Below are positions 30,225 through 38,895 of a stretch of 64,000 nt of DNA, piece after piece; within the stretch, counting starts at the first letter, position 1; each line of letters begins with the position of its first letter. The notes under the pieces were generated by a model, which was not told the origin of the DNA, made no database searches, and was given only the letters and a program-made list of their open reading frames with translations. The DNA is from an uncultured Chloroflexia bacterium. Its GTDB lineage: Bacteria; Chloroflexota; Limnocylindria; Limnocylindrales; CSP1-4. Location: NCBI GenBank assembly GCA_963720755.1, contig CAVRGP010000015.1, positions 64,001 through 128,000 of the forward strand, written 5' to 3'. The position numbers were made by a program, and so were the translations under genes.

Positions 30225-30965
30225 CGACACGACTGGGCAGGCGGTCCTCGGCCGGTGTGCTGCTCGGCTTCGGCCTTGCGCTTGGCATCCTCGGCGGACG
30301 ATCGGTCGAGGCTGGCGACGCCGCCAGCCTGTCGATCGGATCGAGCGCGCTCACCCCGTATCATGACCTGCGTCCTGACCGCGGCCACGACGACGACGAC
30401 GGTCGTTTCCGACGCCGAGGTTCGGCAGTCGAACGGCAACACCAACTACGGGACAGCGACAAGCCTGACGGTGACGTCGAGCGGGAGTGCCAATCGACGG
30501 ATCTATGTCAGCTTCGATCTGACCGCCTGTTCGCCGGCCATCCCGTCCGGCGCGACGATCCGCCTGGCGACTCTGCGCCTGTTCGCCACGGCGCTGCCGG
30601 GTGCCTGCCGCACGCTGGACCTCTTTCGAGTGACTGCCGCCTGGACCGAGGCCGCCGTCACCTGGAACAACCAGCCGTTCGGGACCACGATCAACAACCC
30701 CGCCACCGCTTCGCGGTCGGGCTCGTTCGATGTCGGGACGCCTGCCGGCTGCCAGAACCGGACGACCGCCGCGTACGTCGCCGGCGCGGGCGTGACCGCC
30801 GATGTCGCCGTATTCGTGGCGGGCAGCGCGACGAACCGCGGCTGGATGATCCGGGACGATGTCGAGGGTTCGGCCACGGCTCGGACCGCCACCTTCGCCT
30901 CGAAGCAACTCGGGACGCTCGCGAGGGCTCCGCAACTCATCGTGACCTACGTGGCCGGGCCATGA
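30221..30965 (+). CDS. secreted DNRLRE/CBM96-like domain protein, with a +1 frameshift at about 30360
   Basis: Signal peptide and 'AASLSI' in the frame from 30221; then 'DAEVRQ....TNYG', 'RRIYVSFDL', 'ATLRL', 'WTE..VTWNNQP', 'FASK......PQL.VTY' in ORF 30255..30965. Confidence 0.78.
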
Positions 30966-31477
30966 TCGCCCGCCTGCGGTCGTCGGTCGGGACGTCACTG
31001 CTCCTCGGTCTCGTGCTGATCTGGTTCCTCCTGCTCCGCCCCGTGTCGCTCGGTGGTTCGGCGTCCTGGATCGTGATCCGCGGGTCGTCCATGCTGCCCG
31101 GACTGACGTCCGGTGACCTGGTCATCGTCCAACGGGCCGGCAGCTATCGGATCGGCGATGTCGTCGCCTACCGGGTCGCGGCCGGTGACATCGGCGCCGG
31201 GCACGTCGTGATCCACCGACTGATCGGCGGCGACGGATCGACCGGGTGGGACGTCCAGGGTGACAACAACGATGCGCCCGATCCGTGGCGACCGACCGAT
31301 CACGACATCGTGGGGGCCTCGTGGCTGGTCATCCCGGGAGCTGGCCAGGCGATCGCGTGGATCCACCAACCGGTGATCCTGGCATCGTTGGCCGCGGCGT
31401 TCGTGGTCGCGTTCATCGTCTGGCGGCCGGCGGGCGACAAGGGTCGCGCCCACCCCGGGACGGTGCCACAGGCCTGA
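30962..31477 (+). CDS. sipW: signal peptidase I, S26B/SipW (ER-type) subfamily
   Basis: Catalytic Ser in 'GSSMLP', His general base in 'VIHR', 'GDNN..PD'; N- and C-terminal TM helices. Confidence 0.88.
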   Translation: MIARLRSSVGTSLLLGLVLIWFLLLRPVSLGGSASWIVIRGSSMLPGLTSGDLVIVQRAGSYRIGDVVAYRVAAGDIGAGHVVIHRLIGGDGSTGWDVQGDNNDAPDPWRPTDHDIVGASWLVIPGAGQAIAWIHQPVILASLAAAFVVAFIVWRPAGDKGRAHPGTVPQA

Positions 31478-31556
31478 CGACATGCGTCGGCCGCCGTCGA
31501 TGAGGCGGGTCCTCGTCGCCAGGATGTCGGGAACAGGCAGGTCTGCGAGGACTACG

Positions 31557-31901
31557 ATGTCCGAGACCGTGACCGCTGCCGACATTCCCGACCGGAAGAT
31601 CCTCCGCCACGTGGTGGCGTTCAGGTTCAAGGACACCGTCACCGACGCCCAGATCGGCGACCTCGTCGTGTCAGCCCGGCGACTCAAGGTGACGATCCCC
31701 CAGATCCGGGGTCTCGAATGGGGCCCGAACAACAGTCCGGAGAACTTCAACAAGGGTTTGACCCACTGCTTCCTCCTGACGTTCGAGAGCGAGGAGGACC
31801 GCGCCGTCTACCTGTCGCATCCGGCCCACGAGGCGTTCGGGGCGAAGCTGGGCCCGCTGCTCGATGACCTGCTGGTGATCGACTTCTGGAGTCAGGACTA
31901 G
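31557..31901 (+). CDS. Dabb family stress-responsive alpha/beta barrel protein
   Basis: 'LRHVVAFRFK', 'WG.NNSPE...KGLTHCF.LTF', 'YL.HPAH'. Confidence 0.9.
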   Translation: MSETVTAADIPDRKILRHVVAFRFKDTVTDAQIGDLVVSARRLKVTIPQIRGLEWGPNNSPENFNKGLTHCFLLTFESEEDRAVYLSHPAHEAFGAKLGPLLDDLLVIDFWSQD

Positions 31902-31910
31902 GAGGTTCGC

Positions 31911-33107
31911 GTGGACACGAATCCGGTGATCGAGATGCTCGGCCGACCGCTTCGCCTCGCCGTGATCGGAGGGGGTCCGGGCAGCTTCATCGGTTCGATC
32001 CACCGGACCGCGGCCCGCCTCGACGGTCGCTATCGACTCGTGGCCGGAGTCGTCTCGTCCGATCCCGAGCGATCGCGGAAGGCGGCCATCGGGATGGGGA
32101 TCGACCCGGATCGCGCCTACATCGACGCGGTCACGATGCTCGACGCCGAGCGAGAACGCGAGGATGGTGCCGAGGTCGTCGCCATCATGACGCCCAACGA
32201 CAGCCACCATCGATACGCCATGGCGGCGCTCGATCGCGGGTTCGATGTCATCTGCGACAAGCCCATGACGAACACGCTGGACGAGGCGATGGACATCGTT
32301 CGGAAGGTGGAGTCGACCGGGCTGGTGTTCTGCCTCACCCACAACTACACGGGCTACCCGATGGTCCGCCAGGCTCGCGCGCTCGTCGAGGCCGGCGAAG
32401 TCGGCGTCGTCAGGCTCGTGCAGGTCGAGTACGTGCAGGGCGGCAAAGCCGACGAGTCCGACCCCGACCCGGTCGCGGGCTTGCCCTGGCGCTATGACCC
32501 GGTGCGAGGTGGTCCATCGCTGGTGATGGGCGATATCGGGACGCACGCCCACAACCTGGCCCGGTTCGTGTCGCGCCTCGAAGTCGCCGAGGTCGCTGCG
32601 GAGATCGGGCACGTCATCCCGGAGCGTCTGGTCGACGACTACGGCGCGGCCATGCTGCGCTTCGACGGCGGCGCGCGCGGGACCTTCTGGGTCACCCAGA
32701 CGGCGGCCGGGGTGGAGAACGGTCTCCGCATCCGCGTGTCCGGCACGAAGGGCAGCCTCGAGTGGCACCAGGAGCGGCCGACGCGCCTCACGTTCAAGCC
32801 ACTCATTGGACCGGTCCGCGTCTACAGCCCCAACGGGCCGGGCGCCCTCCCGCCTTCGATCCGAGCGTGCCGGGTCGCCCCCGGGCACCCGGAAGGATTT
32901 CACGAGGCCTTCGCCAACCTCTACTCCGACGCTGCCGAAGCCATCGCTGCCCGGCGCTCCGGTCGCGACGTCGATCCGCTGGCGCTGTGGTTCCCGAACG
33001 AACGCGACGGGGCCGTCGGGGTGAAGTTCGTCGATGCGGCGGTGGCCTCGAGCCACGCCGATGGCGCCTGGACCGAAGCCAGGCTCTCGCTCATGGAGAA
33101 CCACTGA
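31911..33107 (+). CDS. Gfo/Idh/MocA family oxidoreductase
   Basis: 'GGGPGSFIG..HR', 'TPN..H', 'CDKP', 'DIGTH', 'GHPEG..EAFANLY'. Confidence 0.92.
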   Translation: MDTNPVIEMLGRPLRLAVIGGGPGSFIGSIHRTAARLDGRYRLVAGVVSSDPERSRKAAIGMGIDPDRAYIDAVTMLDAEREREDGAEVVAIMTPNDSHHRYAMAALDRGFDVICDKPMTNTLDEAMDIVRKVESTGLVFCLTHNYTGYPMVRQARALVEAGEVGVVRLVQVEYVQGGKADESDPDPVAGLPWRYDPVRGGPSLVMGDIGTHAHNLARFVSRLEVAEVAAEIGHVIPERLVDDYGAAMLRFDGGARGTFWVTQTAAGVENGLRIRVSGTKGSLEWHQERPTRLTFKPLIGPVRVYSPNGPGALPPSIRACRVAPGHPEGFHEAFANLYSDAAEAIAARRSGRDVDPLALWFPNERDGAVGVKFVDAAVASSHADGAWTEARLSLMENH

Positions 33108-33523
33108 TGCCGGAGCGACGGGAGGTCGGCCACGCCGAGGCGCGTCACCTCATCACGCTGATCGGAGACCGCCTCGTTGCCAACGGGGACGGGGCCGCCG
33201 TTGCCGTGGTCGATGCGCACGGCGAACTTGTCGCGTTCCTCCGAACCGACGGCTGCGGTCTGGCATCGATCAATATCGCCATCCACAAGGCGTTCACGGC
33301 GGCTCGTGAGCGGGTCGAATCAAGCGTTCTCGGCGAGCGGTCCCGGACCGAGGGGTTCCCGATCACCAACTTCGGCGACCCACGCTACGTGGGCTGGGGA
33401 GGAGGGGTCCCGATCGTCGTCGATGGCGAGGTGATCGGCGCGGTGGGGGTGAGCGGCCTCCCGGAGGACGCCGATGTCGAGTTGGCGCGGTGGGCCGCCG
33501 CAAGCCTCGGTGCCGATCGTTGA
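33107..33523 (+). CDS. GlcG/HbpS family heme-binding protein
   Basis: 'AVVD.HG.L..F.R.D', 'KAFTA', 'GGGVPI...G.VIGAVGVSG'. Confidence 0.9.
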   Translation: MPERREVGHAEARHLITLIGDRLVANGDGAAVAVVDAHGELVAFLRTDGCGLASINIAIHKAFTAARERVESSVLGERSRTEGFPITNFGDPRYVGWGGGVPIVVDGEVIGAVGVSGLPEDADVELARWAAASLGADR

Positions 33524-33565
33524 TGGGTCCGCACCCCGTTGCGTCCGCAGGCAGGAGGATCCTCG

Positions 33566-33964
33566 ATGGCTGTCCCTGATGGCACACCGTGGCCGAGTGG
33601 GATCGGCGCGATCACCCTCTTCGTCGAGGATCTCGCCGCATCGAAACGGTTCTATCAGGACGTCTTCGGTCTGCCAGTCAAGTTCGAGGACGACAATTCG
33701 GCCGTGTTCGACTTCGGCAACACGATCATCAATCTCCTGAAGGTCTCCGCTGCGTCTGCGTTGATCGAACCGGCCCCCGTCGCGCCGCGCGAGGCCGGTT
33801 CCAGGCTCCAGTTCACGATCGAGGTCGATGACGTCGACGCCATGTGCCGGGAGTTGGTGGCGCGCGGCGTCGAACTCCTGAACGGCCCGATCGATCGACC
33901 GTGGGGTGTGCGGACCGCGAGCTTCGCCGACCCGGGCGGACACATCTGGGAGATCGCCCACTAG
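33566..33964 (+). CDS. VOC/glyoxalase family protein
   Basis: 'LFVEDL..SKRFY..VFGL', 'VDDVD', 'PWG.R...FADPGG..WEI'. Confidence 0.92.
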   Translation: MAVPDGTPWPSGIGAITLFVEDLAASKRFYQDVFGLPVKFEDDNSAVFDFGNTIINLLKVSAASALIEPAPVAPREAGSRLQFTIEVDDVDAMCRELVARGVELLNGPIDRPWGVRTASFADPGGHIWEIAH

Positions 33965-34000
33965 CCTCGGCCTGAACGAAGGATCGACCCTGGTGGATGG

Positions 34001-34048
34001 TCATATTGACGGACGTCGATATGATGTATCGATGGATGTCGATATGAC
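34001..34048. promoter_or_regulatory. tandem imperfect palindromes upstream of the EamA gene, ArsR/SmtB-like operator
   Basis: TCATATTGA-CGGACG-TCGATATGA followed by TGTATCGA-TGGATG-TCGATATGAC; AT-rich against the background; includes TTGACG. Confidence 0.6.
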
Positions 34049-34091
34049 AGGCTCCGATCGCCCTCACCGCCGCGACGGCCCGGAGGATCCC

Positions 34092-35015
34092 ATGCCCGCC
34101 TCAACGGTCGACAGACACGACCTCGTCGCCCTGGTCCTTGCAGCGTTCTGTTGGGGCCTCGGCACCGTGATCAGCAAAGCAGCGCTTGCCGAGGTCCCGC
34201 CGCTGACTCTCCTGCCTATCCAGCTGACCGCCAGCCTCGCGATCCTGGCCGTTCTCATGCGCCGGAATGGGATCTCGTTTCGAAGCGGTGCATCGCCGCT
34301 GCTCGGAAGGCTCGGCCTTCTCAATCCTGGCGCCGCCTATGCGCTGAGCCTGATCGGGCTGGTGACCATCACGGCGAGCCTGTCAGTGCTCCTGTGGGTC
34401 CTGGAGCCGCTGATGATCCTTGCCCTCGCCGCCTGGTTCCTCCACGAGCGGATCACGCCGACGTTCGTCGTGCTGTCGATCACCGCGCTCGTCGGGCTGA
34501 CAGTGGTCATCTACGACCCGTCATCGAGCGGAGGTCAGCTCATCGGCGTCGCCCTGACGGTCGCGGGTGTGGTCTGTTGTGCGGTGTATTCCGTGATCAC
34601 GAGGCGCTGGATCCCCGACGCGAGAGAAACCAGCCAGGTGATCCTTGCGCAGCAGGCCCATGCGCTCGCCCTTGCGCTCGTCCTCGTGGTGCTCGTCGGC
34701 ATGGTCGGTGGGGCCGTCGCTCCGGCAGCGTTGACTCCGATCGGTCTCGCGAGCGCGGTCGGGTCGGGCGCCCTCTACTACGCGGGCGCCTACTGGTTCT
34801 ACCTCGGCGCGCTGCGCCACGTCCCGGCGTCGTTCGCCGCGGTCTCCTTCTACCTCATCCCGATCGTCGGCGTGGCCGGTGGAGTTCTGCTCCTGGGCGA
34901 GCACCTGGAGCCTCGTCAGTGGGTCGGCGCCGTCCTGGTGATCGCTGCCGTCCTCGCGATCTTCCGCGAGTCGTCGACGAGAGCCCGGGCATCGAAGCTC
35001 GACGTCGCCGCCTGA
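34092..35015 (+). CDS. DMT/EamA family transporter
   Basis: Ten TM segments in two EamA repeats ('FCWG', 'LHER', 'LGE'); GGAGG RBS. Confidence 0.9.
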   Translation: MPASTVDRHDLVALVLAAFCWGLGTVISKAALAEVPPLTLLPIQLTASLAILAVLMRRNGISFRSGASPLLGRLGLLNPGAAYALSLIGLVTITASLSVLLWVLEPLMILALAAWFLHERITPTFVVLSITALVGLTVVIYDPSSSGGQLIGVALTVAGVVCCAVYSVITRRWIPDARETSQVILAQQAHALALALVLVVLVGMVGGAVAPAALTPIGLASAVGSGALYYAGAYWFYLGALRHVPASFAAVSFYLIPIVGVAGGVLLLGEHLEPRQWVGAVLVIAAVLAIFRESSTRARASKLDVAA

Positions 35016-35096
35016 TTCCCTACTGCGGGAGTTGCCGCGGTCCTTCCGGCACGGCGAACTTGACGCTTCGGCCCGGCCACCCGATCGTGGGACACC

Positions 35097-36836
35097 ATGA
35101 CGGCCACCCACCCAAGCGCCCGCACCTACGGCTCGATCCTTGAGATCCTCGAGGGGGCGGCCCGACGTCACCCGACCGAGAACGCCATGGCTCTTGCGGC
35201 CGACACGGGACTCGAGCAGGAGTGGACGGCACCGGAGGTGCTACGACGTTCACGAGTGGCTGCCTGGCGCCTCTCCGCCCTCGGCCTGCGTCCGGGCGAC
35301 CGGCTCCTGACCTGGTGCCCGTCAGGCCCCGAGTTGGCGGCCCTGACCTTCGGGGCGATGCGGGTCGGGGTCGCGATCGTGCCGCTCGACCTGCGGATGG
35401 CACCCGAGGTCATCGAGCGCATCGCGGCCCGGGCGGACACGCGCTTCCTGGCGATCGGGACCGGCCGTGACGCGCCAGACCCGCGGGACGTGCGGCTCGC
35501 CGATGCGGTCATGCGCACGGTTCCCTCCCTCGTCGCGGAGCCGGGCGCGGATGGGGAGGCGCCATTCCCCGGCGACTGGGAGGCGCAGATCGACGCCCTG
35601 CCGCGGCCGACTCGCGAGACGCTGTTCGAGATCGTGTTCACGTCGGGCACGACGGCCGCGCCCAAGGGCGCGATGCTCAGCCACGGGAACATCCTGGCCA
35701 CCCTTGAGGCCGCGGACCACGTCATCCCTCGAAGGCAGCATCGACTCGTCTCGCTCCTGCCGCTGTCGCACCTCTTCGGCCAGCTCGAGATGGCCTATGC
35801 CCTGATGGTCGGTGCGCCCATCCTCTACATCCGGTCGCGCAATCCGCGGGTCATCTTCGAGGCGATCGCCGCGCACCACGTAACGACGATGGTCGTGGTG
35901 CCCCAGGTCCTGGACCTGTTCTGGTCATCCTTCCAGCGGGAAGTCGACAAGCGTGGCAAGACCGGGCAGGTCGCCCGCTTGCGCTCGGTCTCGCGCCGGC
36001 TGCCGTACACCGTGCGACGACGACTGTTCGGCTTCTTCCACGAGCGCCTGGGCGGCCAGCTCGAGCTGTTCATCTGCTCCGCCGCCTTCCTGCCGCCGAC
36101 GTTGCAGCAGGCCTGGGAGGACATCGGCGTCGTCGTGATCCAGGGCTTCGGATCGACGGAGTGCGGCTTCGCCGTCGCGAACCGGATCGACGACCACCCA
36201 CTGGGCGTCGTCGGGCGGCCCGTGGACCACGTCCAGGTTCGCCTGGCCGACGACACCGGCGAGATCCTTGTCCGCGGACCGAACGTCTTCTCGGGCTACT
36301 GGCGGGACCCGGAGGCGACGGCCGCCGCGCTCGACGCCGACGGGTGGTACCACTCCGGCGACGTCGGTCATCAGGACGCGAAGGGCCGGTACGTGCTGTC
36401 GGGTCGGATCAAGAACATGATCGCCCTCCCCAATGGCCTCAAGATCTACCCGGAGGACATGGAGAACGTCCTTCGGGAATCCGGGCTGCGCGACACGGTC
36501 GTGCTCGAGACGGCACCCGGTCGCATCGAAGCCGTGGTCCTTCCGCTCGATGAGCCGCTCATGCCGGGTTCCGGACCGGCGCCCGAACCGCGCCAGCGGA
36601 GCCCCGAGGATGCCGCGCGGATGCGCGAGCAGATCGAAGCCGCGGTGAAGGCCGCCAATGTCCGTCTCGGCATCCATCAGCGGATCGTCGCCTGGCGCCT
36701 CTGGCCCGAGCCGGATTTCCCGCGCACCCACACCCTGAAGATCAAGCGCCCGGTGGTGGCCGCCTGGATCGCCGCCGACGCGCGGCCGGACCAGCAGCCG
36801 ATCGGCCCACAGGCCGGCTCGCACGCACTGGACTGA
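35097..36836 (+). CDS. long-chain acyl-CoA synthetase (AMP-binding enzyme)
   Basis: 'FTSGTTAAPKG', 'QGFGSTE', 'WYHSGD', 'GRIKN', 'RTHTLKIKR'. Confidence 0.92.
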   Translation: MTATHPSARTYGSILEILEGAARRHPTENAMALAADTGLEQEWTAPEVLRRSRVAAWRLSALGLRPGDRLLTWCPSGPELAALTFGAMRVGVAIVPLDLRMAPEVIERIAARADTRFLAIGTGRDAPDPRDVRLADAVMRTVPSLVAEPGADGEAPFPGDWEAQIDALPRPTRETLFEIVFTSGTTAAPKGAMLSHGNILATLEAADHVIPRRQHRLVSLLPLSHLFGQLEMAYALMVGAPILYIRSRNPRVIFEAIAAHHVTTMVVVPQVLDLFWSSFQREVDKRGKTGQVARLRSVSRRLPYTVRRRLFGFFHERLGGQLELFICSAAFLPPTLQQAWEDIGVVVIQGFGSTECGFAVANRIDDHPLGVVGRPVDHVQVRLADDTGEILVRGPNVFSGYWRDPEATAAALDADGWYHSGDVGHQDAKGRYVLSGRIKNMIALPNGLKIYPEDMENVLRESGLRDTVVLETAPGRIEAVVLPLDEPLMPGSGPAPEPRQRSPEDAARMREQIEAAVKAANVRLGIHQRIVAWRLWPEPDFPRTHTLKIKRPVVAAWIAADARPDQQPIGPQAGSHALD

Positions 36837-36951
36837 CCCGGCCAGAAGCATCCGAATCGATCACGACGCATGACCCGAACATTGAGGGAGCGAGCGTAGG
36901 CCTCCGCGGCATCCAGTCTAGGTACGGACACCCCGCCCGCTTCGAGTAGGC

Positions 36952-37347
36952 ATGGACCTTAGCGTGCTGGTAGGCATCGCCCTCGGGCTCCTCGTTGTTT
37001 GGGTCGCACTCGTCGCGCTCTTTTGGGTGTTTCGTCCAAGAGGCGTGTCGGTTCGCGAGTTGGTTGGCGTGATACCCGACCTCGTGAGGATGCTGCGGTC
37101 CATCGTTGCGGACCCGTCCTCCCCGACCGACGTGCGCGTCGTGCTTGTCGGCTTACTCATCTGGATACTCTCGCCCATTGACCTGATCCCGGAGTTCATC
37201 CCGGTCGTCGGGCCGTTGGACGACGTCCTCGTGGCCGTCGTTGCGCTTCGATACGTTCGCCGGCGGGTCGGCGTCGATGAGATGCGCTCGCGATGGCCGG
37301 GCAGCGATCAGGGGTTCGCGCTGCTGGTGCGAGTCGTCGGCTCCTAG
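36952..37347 (+). CDS. DUF1232/YkvA family membrane protein
   Basis: 'SPIDLIPEFIPVVGPLDD' signature. Confidence 0.9.
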   Translation: MDLSVLVGIALGLLVVWVALVALFWVFRPRGVSVRELVGVIPDLVRMLRSIVADPSSPTDVRVVLVGLLIWILSPIDLIPEFIPVVGPLDDVLVAVVALRYVRRRVGVDEMRSRWPGSDQGFALLVRVVGS

Positions 37348-37364
37348 CCCGGCGGGCCGACCCG

Positions 37365-38048
37365 TTACGGGGTAGCGGGATCCGCGTACTGGATCGGTGT
37401 CACTGCGACGTCATCGGGCAATTTCACGCCGGTCGAGTGGTTCGGGCAGTAGCCCCCCGGATTCTTGTCGAGATATTGCTGGTGATAGTCCTCGGCGTAA
37501 TAGAACGGACCGGCGGGCACGATCTCGGTGGTGATGGCCTTGTATCCGGCGGCTGCGAGCCTGGCCTGGTATGCGTCGCGGGTCGCCTCGGCAACGGCGC
37601 GCTGTTCGTCATTCGCGGTCAGGATGATCGAGCGGTACTGCGTGCCATGGTCGTTGCCCTGGCGCATCCCCTGGGTCGGATCGTGGTGCTCCCAGAAGGT
37701 CTTGAGGAGCTGTTCGTACGTGATCCCGGCGGGGTCGAACGCGATCAGGACGACCTCGGCATGTCCGGTGCGGCCCGTGCACGCTTCGTTGTAGGTGGGG
37801 TTCGGGGTCGACCCGCCTGCGTAGCCAACCGCGGTCGTCACGACCCCCGGAAGCGACCAGAACGCCTTCTCGGCGCCCCAGAAGCAGCCGAGACCGAGGA
37901 CGGCAGTCTGGGTGCCGTCGGGCCACGGCCCGGCCATCGGGGTACCGAGCACGGTATGCCGGCCGGGAATGGCGACCGGATCGGGCCGTCCGGGGAGCGC
38001 GTCGGCGGGGGAGGGAAGTGTCTGAGGTTTGGGGCTGAGAAAACGCAT
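37365..38048 (-). CDS. msrA: peptide-methionine (S)-S-oxide reductase
   Basis: 'GCFWGAE', 'TGHAEVV', '[11 protein letters not shown]', '[15 protein letters not shown]'. Confidence 0.97.
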   Translation of the reverse strand: MRFLSPKPQTLPSPADALPGRPDPVAIPGRHTVLGTPMAGPWPDGTQTAVLGLGCFWGAEKAFWSLPGVVTTAVGYAGGSTPNPTYNEACTGRTGHAEVVLIAFDPAGITYEQLLKTFWEHHDPTQGMRQGNDHGTQYRSIILTANDEQRAVAEATRDAYQARLAAAGYKAITTEIVPAGPFYYAEDYHQQYLDKNPGGYCPNHSTGVKLPDDVAVTPIQYADPATP

Positions 38049-38192
38049 GCCCTGACTATAGGCCCGACCGATGACGGATTCATGTCACCGACCTGCCCGG
38101 GTCCTGCCCGACTCGTCCCGTCCGGTGTCGCAGGCGATGGCGTCGGGCAACGACCCGCAGCGCCCCTGACAACACCGCTCCGCACGGGACCG

Positions 38193-38230
38193 CCGACGGC
38201 CGACCCGGTTCGGGCCGGGTCGGCCGTCGG
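38193..38230. repeat. perfect 16-bp inverted repeat between divergent genes
   Basis: CCGACGGCCGACCCGG-ttcggg-CCGGGTCGGCCGTCGG. Confidence 0.75.
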
Positions 38231-38298
38231 TCTGGTCCGGGTCGCGGGCTGACCTTCGTAGCGTCGCGAATGGCCGACGCCCAACGCACAGTCGCAAG

Positions 38299-38871
38299 GT
38301 GCATATCACCTTCACGGGCTTTGCCGGCGACTGCCTGATCTCGGGTCAGCTGGACCTGCAGGGCGACCGACTGACCGACCACATCAACGCCCGACCCTCA
38401 TTGGTCCTCGAGGAGGTCGTCCTCGAGGGGCTCGACGGCGGACGGGTGACGGCGGACACGTTCACGATCGAGCGATCCCAGGTCTGCGCGGTCCTGGCCA
38501 GCGGCCCGCGCGGTGCGAAGGCCCGACGGATCCCGACCGACGAGCGTCGGATCCAGGCGCAGATCGGACCGTATGCGATCCTCGGGCGATACCACGGCCG
38601 CATCGGCGCCACCTCCCTGCGTAGCTTCTTCGAGCGTGACCCGATGGTGCCACTGACCGACGCCACGATCGCGTACGTGATCGACGGCATCCTCGAGGTC
38701 CGCGACGCGCCCGTCCTCATCGTCAATCGGGACCTGGCGGCCTGGTACCGCGACCCGGACGAAATCCGCGACGATGACCGGAGCGAGCAACCGCCGAGGG
38801 TCGCCTGGAGTTGGCGCCGCATCAGCGACCGACGTGGCGCCAGGGTGGCCGAGGTCGGACGTCGGCGCTAG
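38299..38871 (+). CDS. hypothetical protein (DUF6812-like, possibly internally duplicated)
   Basis: Globular composition with GC3 bias; 'RLTDHIN' and 'VPLTDA...LIVNR' motifs. Confidence 0.65.
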   Translation: MHITFTGFAGDCLISGQLDLQGDRLTDHINARPSLVLEEVVLEGLDGGRVTADTFTIERSQVCAVLASGPRGAKARRIPTDERRIQAQIGPYAILGRYHGRIGATSLRSFFERDPMVPLTDATIAYVIDGILEVRDAPVLIVNRDLAAWYRDPDEIRDDDRSEQPPRVAWSWRRISDRRGARVAEVGRRR

Positions 38872-38895
38872 CGGCATCGCGCGGTCGGATCGCGC

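Noticed and set aside
29666-31477. 603-aa ORF appearing to fuse upstream sequence to the signal peptidase
   Set aside because: Only 30221-30360 and 30962-31477 look protein-like; the rest is off-frame of the paralogue and DNRLRE genes
36952-37347. T-richer codon usage of the DUF1232 gene as a mobile insertion
   Set aside because: Short hydrophobic gene with no flanking repeats or mobility genes; evidence is insufficient
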